From Myxococcales bacterium LLY-WYZ-16_1 (GTDB lineage: Bacteria > Myxococcota > Kuafuiibacteriia > Kuafuiibacteriales > Kuafuiibacteriaceae): a stretch of 59,409 bases of DNA. Positions 37,324 through 46,703 of the stretch are shown piece by piece. The stretch's first letter is position 1; the number at the start of each line of letters is the position of its first letter. Made by a program: the position numbers and the translations under genes. The stretch is taken from positions 1-59,409 of the forward strand of contig DAPKRQ010000097.1 in the NCBI GenBank assembly GCA_031800475.1, written 5' to 3'. The notes under the pieces were generated by a model. It searched no databases. It was not told the DNA's origin and was given only the letters and a program-made list of their open reading frames with translations.

Positions 37324-39018
37324 TCATCCCCGGTCTGGCTGTTCGTCGAGGAAGTAGTTGAAGTCTTCCGCTTCCTCCGCGTGCAGCAGCTGGTACGCGT
37401 GGGCCGGCGAGCTGGCATCGAACAGCTGATGCCGAATGTTTCGGTCGCCGCTGATCGCCCGGGCGAATGCGGCCAATACCCGCAGGTGGTGGTCCCTCTG
37501 GCTGCTTACGGTGGCGAGCAGCACGATGCAGTGGACCTTTTCTCCCGGCGGGTCGTCCAAGGGCACACCCTCGCGACTGATGCCCATCACTCCGACGACG
37601 GCGCTGCCGTGGGCGATTTCGGCGTGGGGAATGGCGAGGCCTTCGCCCAGGTAGGAGGACACCTCGGCTTCTCGATCGAGGACCTCCTGCAGGAAGTCGG
37701 GCCGCGCTTTGGTCGGCAAGCGATGGGTCGCCCACAACAGACGCGTCAGCTGCTCCAGCGCGTCGGCCATCGACCCGGCCCGCAGCTCGGTGGTGATGTT
37801 TTCTTCCTGCAAGAAGTCGATGAGCCGAGCTCGGTCTTTTCCCGCGTCGCCCGACCGCTGCAACGCCCAACGGGTCAGGATCGGGCCGATGACCTCGTTC
37901 AGCGTCACCACGGTGAGCCCCACCGCGAGCAGCAGGGCTCGGATCGGCTCGAACACCGGATCCTCTTGAACCAACAGCAGCAGACCCACCGCCAGACCCG
38001 CCTGAGGGATCAGCGCGAAGCCCAGGTATTTGCGGACGGGCGAGGGCGCCCCGGCCAGCTGCATGGCCAGGCGGGCGCTGGCCAGCTTGCCCCCGATGCG
38101 GGCGCCCAGCACGACCACGGCGAGCAAGCCTCCGGGGACCAGATAGTCGAAGTCGAGCTCCGCCCCAGCCAGCGTGAAGAACACGGCGAAGATGGCCGAC
38201 TCGAAGTTCTTGAAGACCCGATGGCCGATCTCCTCTTTGTCCGGCGTGACGTTGGCCAAAACCAACCCGAGGAACAGACAGGACAGGAGGGCCGAAGCCT
38301 CGAGCTGCCGCCCCAAGCTGACGGTCAGCAAGATGGCGATGAGCGAAGCGGTGGTCAGGTGGTCCGACCGCACCACGCGAGCGGTTGCGGCGATGAGGCC
38401 GAGTCCCACCGCCGTGCCCACGCCCGCGGATAGCGCGAGCTTGATGACCGGTCCCTCGAACAGGGCCCAGGGTCCGGCGAGTCCGCCCGACAAGCTGGCT
38501 TTCGAGGCGGAAAGAGCCAGCTCGAACAGACCGAGGCACGCGATGTTGTTCAGGGCGACCGCGGCCAACAGCGTTCGTACGAAGACACCCGCCGCCCGGG
38601 ACTCGCGAACCAGCGCCACCACGGTGGCCGGGGCGGTCGACACCGAAAGGGCCGCCAGAAGGGCAGCCAGCTCCCAGCCCGATTCGGGAACCGCCATCAG
38701 GACGGCCCCGCCCACGGCCAGGGGCGTGACGACCGACTCGCCGAGCAGCAGCCACAGCAGCCGCCGCTTCGCCACCGAGATCCGGGTCAGGTGGAGGTGG
38801 CTGCCGATGGTGACGGCGATGAGGCCCAAGGCGAAGTGGGTCACCGGCGTGAGCTCGTGAATCGCGCCCGCGTCGAACAGGTTCAGAACCGACGGGCCGC
38901 ACACCACGCCCACCAGGATCTGACCGGTGACGCTGGGTACACCGATCCGCAGGGCGAGCTGGCCGAACACCATGCCCGCCACCAACACCAAAGCCAGGGT
39001 GAGCAGTGGGTCACTCAC
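37324..39018 (-). CDS. Cation:proton antiporter fused to a C-terminal PTS EIIA (Fru/Ntr-type) domain
   Basis: About 12 TM segments (GVPSVTGQILVGVVCGPS, STAPA, ALNN, ALIPQAGLAVG); EIIA REAEVSSYLGEGLAIPHA. Confidence 0.88.
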   Translation of the reverse strand: MSDPLLTLALVLVAGMVFGQLALRIGVPSVTGQILVGVVCGPSVLNLFDAGAIHELTPVTHFALGLIAVTIGSHLHLTRISVAKRRLLWLLLGESVVTPLAVGGAVLMAVPESGWELAALLAALSVSTAPATVVALVRESRAAGVFVRTLLAAVALNNIACLGLFELALSASKASLSGGLAGPWALFEGPVIKLALSAGVGTAVGLGLIAATARVVRSDHLTTASLIAILLTVSLGRQLEASALLSCLFLGLVLANVTPDKEEIGHRVFKNFESAIFAVFFTLAGAELDFDYLVPGGLLAVVVLGARIGGKLASARLAMQLAGAPSPVRKYLGFALIPQAGLAVGLLLLVQEDPVFEPIRALLLAVGLTVVTLNEVIGPILTRWALQRSGDAGKDRARLIDFLQEENITTELRAGSMADALEQLTRLLWATHRLPTKARPDFLQEVLDREAEVSSYLGEGLAIPHAEIAHGSAVVGVMGISREGVPLDDPPGEKVHCIVLLATVSSQRDHHLRVLAAFARAISGDRNIRHQLFDASSPAHAYQLLHAEEAEDFNYFLDEQPDRG

Positions 39019-39189
39019 GACGCTGAACGCCGTCCTATCGGAGCTCGGGGGTCCGCGCACGCCGAAAGTCCCCAAGGGCCGAAACCGATGGCGCCGAACC
39101 GCCGGCATCGGGTCATCTTTCGTGCTGCCGGCGGCCGCGTCCTGCCCCGGGGGTTGGCAGCCGGCGCCGGCCCTGGAATAAGCCCAGCG

Positions 39190-39477
39190 ATGCGCTGGAT
39201 GCTTTTGGGCTTCGTCCTCGCCGCCTGCGAAGGTCCCCACGCCCCCGACGCGGCCCCCCGCTTGGACCTGGACCCGGGAGCCACGCTTTCGGCGCAGTAC
39301 GAAACCTTGAAGACGTTCTTCGAGAGCCGGCGGGCTCGGATCGACTGGAAGTCCGACTCGGTCGTGAAGCGGTTGGACTGGGCTCTGTCGGATGCGCAGA
39401 GGGCTTTGGCGCAGGGCGATCGAGCCCAGGCCGAAGCCCGTCTGGCCGACGCTCGGCGCTTGCTGGAGGTGTACTGA
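39190..39477 (+). CDS. Small helical lipoprotein (95 aa)
   Basis: MRWMLLGFVLAA|C lipobox; stop immediately abuts the M48 start. Confidence 0.7.
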   Translation: MRWMLLGFVLAACEGPHAPDAAPRLDLDPGATLSAQYETLKTFFESRRARIDWKSDSVVKRLDWALSDAQRALAQGDRAQAEARLADARRLLEVY

Positions 39478-40290
39478 ATGAAATGGTGGATCGGCGGGGT
39501 GCTGGCGGTGATGTTGGCCTGCGCCACCTCACCCACGGGGCGCCGCCAGCTGGTGCTCCTGCCCGAGTCTCAGATGAGCGCCATGGGCGAAGAAGCTTTC
39601 ACCCAGATGAAGGCCTCGGAGCCCACTGCGGAAGCCGGTCCGTCGGTGGAATATGCCCGGTGTATCGCCGACGCGATCCTCCAGGCGGCCAAGCTCGATG
39701 CCGACCAGTCCTGGGAGGTCGTGGTGTTCGAAAGCGAGCAGGTCAACGCTTTCGCCCTGCCCGGGGGAAAGATCGGCATCTACACCGGCATGATGCGCTT
39801 CGCCGCCACGCCCTCCGAGCTGGCGGCGGTGGTCGGCCACGAGATCGGGCACGTGATCGCCCAGCACGGTAACGAGCGGGTCAGCGAGAGCGTGGTGGCC
39901 CAGGGCATTCAGGGGGCCTTGGCTTCGATCACCGACGTCGAGAACAGCCAGACCGGCCAACTGCTGATGGCGGGCCTGGGGCTGGGCTATCAGTACGGGA
40001 TCGCGCTGCCCCACAGCCGCACCCAGGAAGAAGAGGCCGACGTGATCGGCCTGCGATTGATGGCTCGAGCCGGATTCGATCCAAGCGAAGCCGTGAGCCT
40101 GTGGGAGCGCATGGCTTCCCGGGGCCAGGGCCCCCCGGAGTTTTTGTCCACCCACCCCGACCCGAGCCGTCGGGCAGAATATCTTCGAGACATGCAAGAC
40201 GACGTGGCCTCGGAGGTGAAAGCCGCCCGGGAGGCGGGCCGGCGCCCGAACTGCCGCCGGCCCGACTTCGGTCCGCCACCGAGCTCCTGA
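39478..40290 (+). CDS. M48-family Zn metallopeptidase lipoprotein
   Basis: LA|C lipobox, SPTGRRQL, NAFALPGGKI, HEIGH, SRTQEEEAD..G, LSTHP. Confidence 0.92.
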   Translation: MKWWIGGVLAVMLACATSPTGRRQLVLLPESQMSAMGEEAFTQMKASEPTAEAGPSVEYARCIADAILQAAKLDADQSWEVVVFESEQVNAFALPGGKIGIYTGMMRFAATPSELAAVVGHEIGHVIAQHGNERVSESVVAQGIQGALASITDVENSQTGQLLMAGLGLGYQYGIALPHSRTQEEEADVIGLRLMARAGFDPSEAVSLWERMASRGQGPPEFLSTHPDPSRRAEYLRDMQDDVASEVKAAREAGRRPNCRRPDFGPPPSS

Positions 40291-40327
40291 CCGCCAGGCC
40301 CAAGCATCGCCGATCCCGCGCCACCGG

Positions 40328-40570
40328 TCATGCGCGCCGCCTCAGGGCCGGAAACAGCTCTGTCGCGAACGTCCGTTCTCCTTTGACCGACACGCCGTGG
40401 CGGTAGGCCTGGTCGTAGTCGGTGGCCCGTTCCTGCAGCCAGCCGATGATCTGCCAGCGCCGGCCGTAGGCGCCTCCGCGCCCGAAGCGGGCCGCTGCGA
40501 AACCTTCGCGGGGTTCGGCGGCCCGCTCGTCCACCACCCGCACCACGCTCCAACATTCCTCGTATTCCAT
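40328..40570 (-). CDS. Small hypothetical protein (80 aa)
   Basis: Fills the gap between M48 and surE; third codon positions are strongly G/C; weak RBS. Confidence 0.5.
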   Translation of the reverse strand: MEYEECWSVVRVVDERAAEPREGFAAARFGRGGAYGRRWQIIGWLQERATDYDQAYRHGVSVKGERTFATELFPALRRRA

Positions 40571-40697
40571 CGTCCGTTACTGAACATGCTTTCAGATGTG
40601 TCTGCAACTCGGGAACGATCGACCTGGCAGAGCGGGCCCCCGTACCCGCCGGCGGGACATTGACACCGATCCCGGCCGCCGCGAGCTTGAACCCGAG

Positions 40698-41498
40698 ATG
40701 GACCGGCTGATTTTGGTCACCAACGACGACGGCCTGTACGCCCCGGGGCTTCAGTCGCTGGCGGCCGCAGCGGTGGCCCTGGGCGAGGTGGCGGTGGTCG
40801 CGCCGGACCGAAACCAGTCGGGGGCTTCCCACATGATCAGCCTCCATCAGCCCCTTCGCGGGCACGAGGTGACCGCCCAGCGTTGGGTGGTCCAGGGATC
40901 GCCGGCCGACTCGGTCTACCTGGCGATCCACGAGCTCCTGCCCCGCCGGCCCGACCTGGTCCTGAGCGGGATCAACGCCGGAGCGAATCTCAGCTTCGAC
41001 GTGCACTATTCCGGCACCGTCGGAAGCGCCATGGAGGGCACGTTGATGGGCGTGCCCTCCATCGCCGTGTCGTTGACCGATCCCGAGGCTTCCGACTTCG
41101 AGGCGGCCGGTCGGTTCGCGGTTCGGCTCGCGGCCCACGTCCTGGAGCACGGGTTGCCCGAGGACACCATGCTCAACGTCAACGTCCCGCCTGGCGAAGC
41201 CGACCGGTACCAGATGACCTTTCTCGGACACCGGGTGTTTCGGCACCAGGTGGAGCGCCGGGACGATCCGCGGGGAGCGCCGTATTACTGGATCGGCGGA
41301 CGCCCCACGCCGGCGCGGGACCTTCCGGGAAGCGACTGCAACGCGGTGGCCGCCGGTTGGGTCTCGGTGACTCCCCTGACGGTGGACGCGACGCACCGGG
41401 GGATGTTGGCCGAGGGGGACGCCCGGTGGCGCCTTCCGGGGCTGCATCAGGTCGAAGGTCCCCCGGATCCCCGCCCGGTGCTGCCCCGGTTTCGGTGA
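40698..41498 (+). CDS. surE: 5'/3'-nucleotidase SurE
   Basis: ILVTNDDG, APDRNQSGAS, GSPAD, SGINAGANL, YSGTVG.A.EG. Confidence 0.95.
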   Translation: MDRLILVTNDDGLYAPGLQSLAAAAVALGEVAVVAPDRNQSGASHMISLHQPLRGHEVTAQRWVVQGSPADSVYLAIHELLPRRPDLVLSGINAGANLSFDVHYSGTVGSAMEGTLMGVPSIAVSLTDPEASDFEAAGRFAVRLAAHVLEHGLPEDTMLNVNVPPGEADRYQMTFLGHRVFRHQVERRDDPRGAPYYWIGGRPTPARDLPGSDCNAVAAGWVSVTPLTVDATHRGMLAEGDARWRLPGLHQVEGPPDPRPVLPRFR

Positions 41499-42334
41499 GC
41501 CGGTCGAGACGGAGGGCTCGCCGGCCCAGGCGCTCGGAGCGGTCGGGGGCGTGGCTGCTGGCCCTGCTTGCGTGGACAGCGGTCGCCTGCCGCACCCCGC
41601 CCGAACCGCCGTACCGGCCTCCGGCAACCCGGGTTCGGTACCGCACCCACGTGGTTCAGCCTCGAGAGACCCTGTATCGGATCGGCCGGAAATACGGCGT
41701 GTCGGTCGAGGCTTTGATGAAGCTGAACCGGATCGGAGATCCGACCGTTCTGTCCGTGGGCGAGCGGCTCCTGATCCCGGCTTCCGACGGAGCCCAACCC
41801 CCGGACGCTTCCGAGCGACCTCCGGATGCCGCCGAGCCCCGACAGCCCTCCGGCGACGGGGGCCGCCCGTCCGACGAGGTGCCACCGGGATTTCGGTTGC
41901 CGCCCCCGCCGCCCCCGTCCTGTCGCCAGGCCTGGGACGCGCCCGAGTCGGCGCCCAGATCCCGCCAGGGATACCTGTGGCCGGTAGACGGGGTCGTTTT
42001 GGTGCGCTTCGGCCGAGAGGACGGCGAGTCCCAGCAGGGGTTGGACATCGGAGCGCCCCATGGGGCGCCGGTGTGGGCCGCCCGGGCCGGGATCGTCGTG
42101 TTCGCAGGTGAGCAGCCGGGCTTCGGGCGCATGATCATCGTGCGGCACGGCGCGGGAGATTTCACGCTGTACGGTCGCAACGCCGAGCACTGCGTTCGCG
42201 AGGGCGATCGGGTCTCGGCCGGGCAACTGCTCGCCCGGGTGGGGGACCAGGATGGGACGGGGGTCCCATACCTCTACTTCGAGGTGCGGCGGGGTCGGCG
42301 GCCGGTGGATCCGCAGAAACTGCTCCCGCCGTGA
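41495..42334 (+). CDS. nlpD: LysM + degenerate M23 lipoprotein (NlpD-like)
   Basis: GTGA overlap with surE; AVA|C lipobox; LysM HVVQPRETLYRIGRKYGV; WPVDG; M23 metal ligands replaced (QQGLDI, PYLYF). Confidence 0.8.
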   Translation: MSRSRRRARRPRRSERSGAWLLALLAWTAVACRTPPEPPYRPPATRVRYRTHVVQPRETLYRIGRKYGVSVEALMKLNRIGDPTVLSVGERLLIPASDGAQPPDASERPPDAAEPRQPSGDGGRPSDEVPPGFRLPPPPPPSCRQAWDAPESAPRSRQGYLWPVDGVVLVRFGREDGESQQGLDIGAPHGAPVWAARAGIVVFAGEQPGFGRMIIVRHGAGDFTLYGRNAEHCVREGDRVSAGQLLARVGDQDGTGVPYLYFEVRRGRRPVDPQKLLPP

Positions 42335-42483
42335 CGGAGCCGTGCGCGATGGTGAACATCGGATGCATCCGTGCGCGGCCGCAGGAGGGTCGAGTGCGGC
42401 CGGCTCCCACCCTTCGATACCTCGGGGTTCCATCGAAGCGAGTCGGCCCTGCCTTTTTCGCCAGCTCCGCCCTGTTCGGCGGC

Positions 42484-44280
42484 ATGTCCCCATGGCAGCA
42501 TGTCCCCGTGCGCGCGAGGCATGGAGTCGGGCTGATGCTGGCCCTCGGGGTGTCTTCGGCCGCCTGCAGCGGACGTCTGGGGGAGCCCGTGGGCGCCGAC
42601 CCGGTCACGGGCGGTTCCGGGTCCGGTTCGACCGGCAACGGGGGCGGTTCCGTCTCCGACCCCGACCCCTTTCCCAGCGACCCCGACGATCCCGTCTCCG
42701 GCACGCCCGATTGCACGGTCCAGGCCCCTTCCGTTCCACTCACGCGACTGGCCCGGGCCGAATACGAAGCCAGCCTGCGAGCCCTGGTCGGCGACGCTCC
42801 GGTGAACGAGGTGGCCGACCTGCTCGCCACCCTGCCCGAAGACGACTTGGCCGACGAGCAGGCGTTCTCTCGACAGGATCAACGGGTCTCGGACCGCCAC
42901 GTGGAAGGCCAGTTTCGGATCGCCGAGGCCGTGGCGGCCGCGGTGGCGGATTCGAACGACGCCCGGGCTCGGGTGTTCGGAGCCTGTGCCCGAGATCCGA
43001 TGGACGGGACCTGTCTCGAGGGTACCCTGCCGGATCTCTTGCGTCGGGCCTATCGTCGGCCGCCCACCTCTGACGAGGTCGAGGCGGCGCGCATGGCCGC
43101 GTCCACGTTCGACGGCGCCGAGGCGTTCGAAGCGGCCTTGTTCCTGTCGCTGATGAGCCCGGACTTTTTGTACCGGTTCGAAAACCGGGGCCAGCGGCGT
43201 GAAGACGGCGCGCTGACCTTGACTCCGCACGAGCTCGCGAGCCGCTTGTCCTTTCATTTTTGGGGTCTTCCTCCGGACGCCGAGCTCGCCGGCGCCGCCA
43301 ACGACGGCTCGTTGGTCACCGAAGCCGGGTACCGGGCACAGGTCGAACGGCTCGCCGCCGACCCCCGCACCGAACAGACCCTGCTCGCATTCTTTCGAGA
43401 GTGGCTGCATCTGGACCGGGGTGGCTTCGCCGACAGCCCGCGGTTGGACGTGCTGCGAGACGGCATGGACGTGTCCGGACTGGCGGCCGCCATGCGCGAA
43501 GAGGTGGAGGCGCTCCTCCGCCACCATCTGAACGACCCGGACCTGACCTGGACCGACGCCCTAACGTCACGGGAAAGCTTCGCCACCGACCCTCGCGTGG
43601 CAGAGATCTACGGCGTCGAGCCTTGGGACGGCTCCTCGCCTCGGCCCGTACTCGACAGCGAAGAGCGCTCCGGGATTCTGACTCGAGCCGGCGTGCTCTA
43701 TACCGCGGACGGCTCCACGAATCCCTTCCGGCGTGGCGCGTTCGTTCGAAAGAGTCTATTGTGTGACCCGGTGTCCCCGCCCCCGGCCGATCTTCCGCCG
43801 GGGTCGCTCGATACCCCCGAACCTCAGCCGGGGATCTCCACGCGCGAAGCCTTCGCCGGCTTGGTGACCGACGCCACCTGCGCAGATTGCCACGCTCTTT
43901 TCTCGGACTTGGGTTACGCCCTCGAAGCTTACGACGGACTCGGCCGGTTTCGGACGATGGAGCGGCTCGTGCGGGCGGACGGTACCGAACACGGGACCGC
44001 CGTCGTGGACGCCATGGTGGTTCCCCGGATCGACTTCAGCGACGATCGCCCCACCCTGAACCCGGCGGAGCTCAGCGAGCGCATCGCCGAAAGCCCCAAG
44101 GCCAACGCCTGCCTGGCGGAGCGCTATCTGCAATTTACCTTGCGCAAAAAGCCGGCAGCTGCCGAGTACTGCACGGTCCAGCGCATGGCCGACCGACTCG
44201 ACCAGGGCGAGTCTCTGCGAGAGGCCCTGGTCGCCGTGGCCTACGAGCCGAGCTTCCGCATCCGAGCGGTGGAGAACTGA
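42484..44280 (+). CDS. DUF1592/DUF1588-type (PSD/PSCyt) exported protein with one heme-c motif
   Basis: SAA|C lipobox, LTRL.R.EY..SL, RAYRRP, SPDFLYRFE, ELASRLSFHFWG..PD, RSGILT, NP.RRG.FV, CADCH, G.ALE.YDGLGRFR. Start could be 42331-42532. Confidence 0.85.
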   Translation: MSPWQHVPVRARHGVGLMLALGVSSAACSGRLGEPVGADPVTGGSGSGSTGNGGGSVSDPDPFPSDPDDPVSGTPDCTVQAPSVPLTRLARAEYEASLRALVGDAPVNEVADLLATLPEDDLADEQAFSRQDQRVSDRHVEGQFRIAEAVAAAVADSNDARARVFGACARDPMDGTCLEGTLPDLLRRAYRRPPTSDEVEAARMAASTFDGAEAFEAALFLSLMSPDFLYRFENRGQRREDGALTLTPHELASRLSFHFWGLPPDAELAGAANDGSLVTEAGYRAQVERLAADPRTEQTLLAFFREWLHLDRGGFADSPRLDVLRDGMDVSGLAAAMREEVEALLRHHLNDPDLTWTDALTSRESFATDPRVAEIYGVEPWDGSSPRPVLDSEERSGILTRAGVLYTADGSTNPFRRGAFVRKSLLCDPVSPPPADLPPGSLDTPEPQPGISTREAFAGLVTDATCADCHALFSDLGYALEAYDGLGRFRTMERLVRADGTEHGTAVVDAMVVPRIDFSDDRPTLNPAELSERIAESPKANACLAERYLQFTLRKKPAAAEYCTVQRMADRLDQGESLREALVAVAYEPSFRIRAVEN

Positions 44281-44282
44281 CC

Positions 44283-45920
44283 ATGCGATTCGACCGATCG
44301 AACCGAAGAGCGTTCCTGACGGGCGCCGGCGGTGCGCTGGTGGCGCTGCCTTTCCTCCCTTCGCTCGAGCCGAAGAGCTGGTGGCGCAAAGCTCGGGCCG
44401 ATGGGGGGGCGGTGCCCCGACGGTTCGTGGCGATCAAGACCTACAACGGCACCCCACTGCGGGCCTTCTACCCCGGTGAGCAAGCGGGATACGGAACCCA
44501 TTCGGGAGACGATCGGATCCGGCTGACCGAGCGGCTGTCCGAGCCTACGGGCCGACACTCGACCGGCGTCGAATACTACGGGCACTACGCGAACCTGTCC
44601 GAGTTCGCGGACCGCGGCGTTTCGTCGATCTTCAACCGCGACTTCAATCGGCACCACGACAAGATGCTCTTGCTGCGAGGCATGGACGTGATGCCCAACA
44701 TCAACCACAACCACGGGGCGATCCTGGGCAACTTCGGCCTGCGCACCCGGGGAGTCGGCGGCCCGATTCCGGGCGCTCAGATCAACGTGACCATCGACCA
44801 GATCATGGCCCGGTCGCCCGCGGTGTATTCCACCGCACCCAGTGGTCCGCGGATTCTCCACGTCGGCAGCCGCCGCAACACCTTCTCCTACGAGCCCACC
44901 GATCCGAGTCGGGTGCTCGCCACGGGGGAGAACGCGGTTCAGCAAGCTCAGGCGTTCACGAACCCCCGCACGGCCTTCGACGCCACCTTCGGCAACTTCA
45001 TGCCGAGCCCCGAGCCCGCGCCGGCCAGCGTCGGGAGTCGTCTGGTGGACCGGGTCATCGACGACTACCGGCGGGCCATGAACGGCCCCCACCTCAGCGC
45101 CGCCGATCGCCAGCGCCTCGACCAGCACATGACCCGGTTGGCCGAGCTCGAGGCACGGATCGCGCAGGATCCGGGGAGCGGTGGTGGGGCCCGCTGCCAA
45201 CTGCCCGCCCCCCCGAGCAGCCTGGATACGGGCGGTGAGTTCGACGCGGACGTATCCCAGGTGACCGCACTGTTCGATCGGATGGTCGATCTGATCGTGT
45301 TGGCCTTCGCCTGCGACGTCACCCGGATCGCCACCCTCGACGTGACGAAGATGGTGATCCCCACAGCCCAGCCCTTTGGCATGGGCGACTCCCAAAACGC
45401 CAACTCGGCGGGACGGGAGAACTGGCACTACCAAGCCCACGCCTGGGACCAGGCAGCCATCGAGTGGCTGACCTTGGGAGCCGAATGGGTGGCCCAGCAC
45501 GTGATCCTCCGGCTCCTCGACGGCCTGGAGGACACGGAAGAGCCCGACGGAGAATCCCTCCTGCACCACTGTGCGGTGATCTGGAGCAACGAGCTGAGCT
45601 TCAACCACCTGGCTTACAGCCTGCCGACCTGCCTGTGGGGCCGGGCCGGCGGAACCCTGGCGACCGGTCGCTACATCGACTACATCAATCACGACCGACC
45701 GGTGCGCTTTCGCCAGCACGACGGCCCGGTGGTGGAAGGGGTGCAGTACAACCGGTTCATGGTGACCCTGCTTCAGGCCATGGGCGTGGCGCCCAGCGAG
45801 TACGAGCTCAGCCCGGGCTCCGGCTTTGGCGAGTCCCGGCCGGTTGGCAAGAACGACGCCTGGGCCATCGACTACGACGAAAGCCGCATCGGCCAACCCC
45901 TCCCGGGCGTGTTCGTCTGA
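44283..45920 (+). CDS. DUF1552 (HXXSHH) family Tat-exported protein
   Basis: Tat signal NRRAFLTGAGG.LVALPFL.SL, LSAADRQRLDQH...L.ELE, AFACDVTRIAT, SLLHH..VIWSNE, GGTL.TGRY. Confidence 0.85.
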   Translation: MRFDRSNRRAFLTGAGGALVALPFLPSLEPKSWWRKARADGGAVPRRFVAIKTYNGTPLRAFYPGEQAGYGTHSGDDRIRLTERLSEPTGRHSTGVEYYGHYANLSEFADRGVSSIFNRDFNRHHDKMLLLRGMDVMPNINHNHGAILGNFGLRTRGVGGPIPGAQINVTIDQIMARSPAVYSTAPSGPRILHVGSRRNTFSYEPTDPSRVLATGENAVQQAQAFTNPRTAFDATFGNFMPSPEPAPASVGSRLVDRVIDDYRRAMNGPHLSAADRQRLDQHMTRLAELEARIAQDPGSGGGARCQLPAPPSSLDTGGEFDADVSQVTALFDRMVDLIVLAFACDVTRIATLDVTKMVIPTAQPFGMGDSQNANSAGRENWHYQAHAWDQAAIEWLTLGAEWVAQHVILRLLDGLEDTEEPDGESLLHHCAVIWSNELSFNHLAYSLPTCLWGRAGGTLATGRYIDYINHDRPVRFRQHDGPVVEGVQYNRFMVTLLQAMGVAPSEYELSPGSGFGESRPVGKNDAWAIDYDESRIGQPLPGVFV

Positions 45921-45993
45921 GGCGGCGCCGTTCCGACCGGTTCGGCCGATCGGGGGTGGCGTCGGACAGGGGCGCGAGGTAGACCGCAAGGCC

Positions 45994-46527
45994 GTGGAAG
46001 CGCTGGCCTCCCAGGTTCGCAACCTGATCCGAGACATCCCGAACTTTCCGAAACCCGGTGTCCTGTTCAAAGACTTGATGCCGGTATTCGCCGACGGACC
46101 GACCCACCGGGCCCTGATCGACGGCCTGGCGTCGCGCTACGCCGCCCGGCAGGTCGACGCGGTGGTCGGCATCGAGTCTCGGGGCTTTTTGCTGGCGGCG
46201 CCTTTGGCGTACGCCCTGGGGTGCGGCACGGTGGTGGCGCGCAAGCCCGGCAAGCTTCCCGGCGAGACCCGCCGGGTCAGCTACGCCTTGGAGTACGGCG
46301 AAGACGAGCTGCACATGCACCTGGACGCCCTTCGGGAGGGGGCGCAGGTGGTGGTGGTGGACGACCTGCTGGCCACCGGGGGCACCATGCGGGCCACCTG
46401 CGACCTGGTGGAGCACAGCAAGGCACACGTCTTGGAGTCGGTGACGGTGGTGGAGTTGTCGTTTCTCAACGGGCGCGACCGGCTGGGGCCCTATGACTTC
46501 TTCTCCTTGGTCCAATATCTGGACTGA
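45994..46527 (+). CDS. apt: Adenine phosphoribosyltransferase
   Basis: IRDIPNFPKPGVLFKD, GIESRGF, RKPGKLPG, YALEYG, VDDLLATGGT. Confidence 0.95.
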   Translation: MEALASQVRNLIRDIPNFPKPGVLFKDLMPVFADGPTHRALIDGLASRYAARQVDAVVGIESRGFLLAAPLAYALGCGTVVARKPGKLPGETRRVSYALEYGEDELHMHLDALREGAQVVVVDDLLATGGTMRATCDLVEHSKAHVLESVTVVELSFLNGRDRLGPYDFFSLVQYLD

Positions 46528-46575
46528 CGCGGAGCGCATCCCGGAGTTTCCCTCGGGCCCCGTTATCTCCGCAGA

Positions 46576-46604
46576 TTGACACGGCTTTCAGCGCACGCTA
46601 CCTC
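46576..46604 (+). promoter_or_regulatory. Possible sigma70-type promoter of tRNA-Arg/ihfB
   Basis: Perfect TTGACA, 17-bp spacer, weak -10 (TACCTC) just upstream of the tRNA. Confidence 0.4.
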
Positions 46605-46615
46605 CTGGAAACGTC

Positions 46616-46689
46616 GCTCCCGTAGCTCAGCTGGATAGAGCAACGGTTTCCTAAACCGTAGGCCACAGGTTCGAATCCTGTCGGGGGCG
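46616..46689 (+). tRNA. tRNA-Arg(CCU)
   Basis: Acceptor GCTCCCG/CGGGGGC, D-arm TAGCTCAGCTGGATAGAGC, anticodon stem ACGGT/ACCGT with loop TTCCTAA (CCT at 46650-46652), T-arm CAGGTTCGAATCCTG; CCA not encoded. Confidence 0.97.
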
Positions 46690-46703
46690 CAGCTGGGGCC
46701 GAG

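Noticed and set aside
46616-46700. tRNA-Arg as a prophage or island attachment site
   Set aside because: No integrase, no duplicated tRNA 3' end seen, and the flanking genes are housekeeping.
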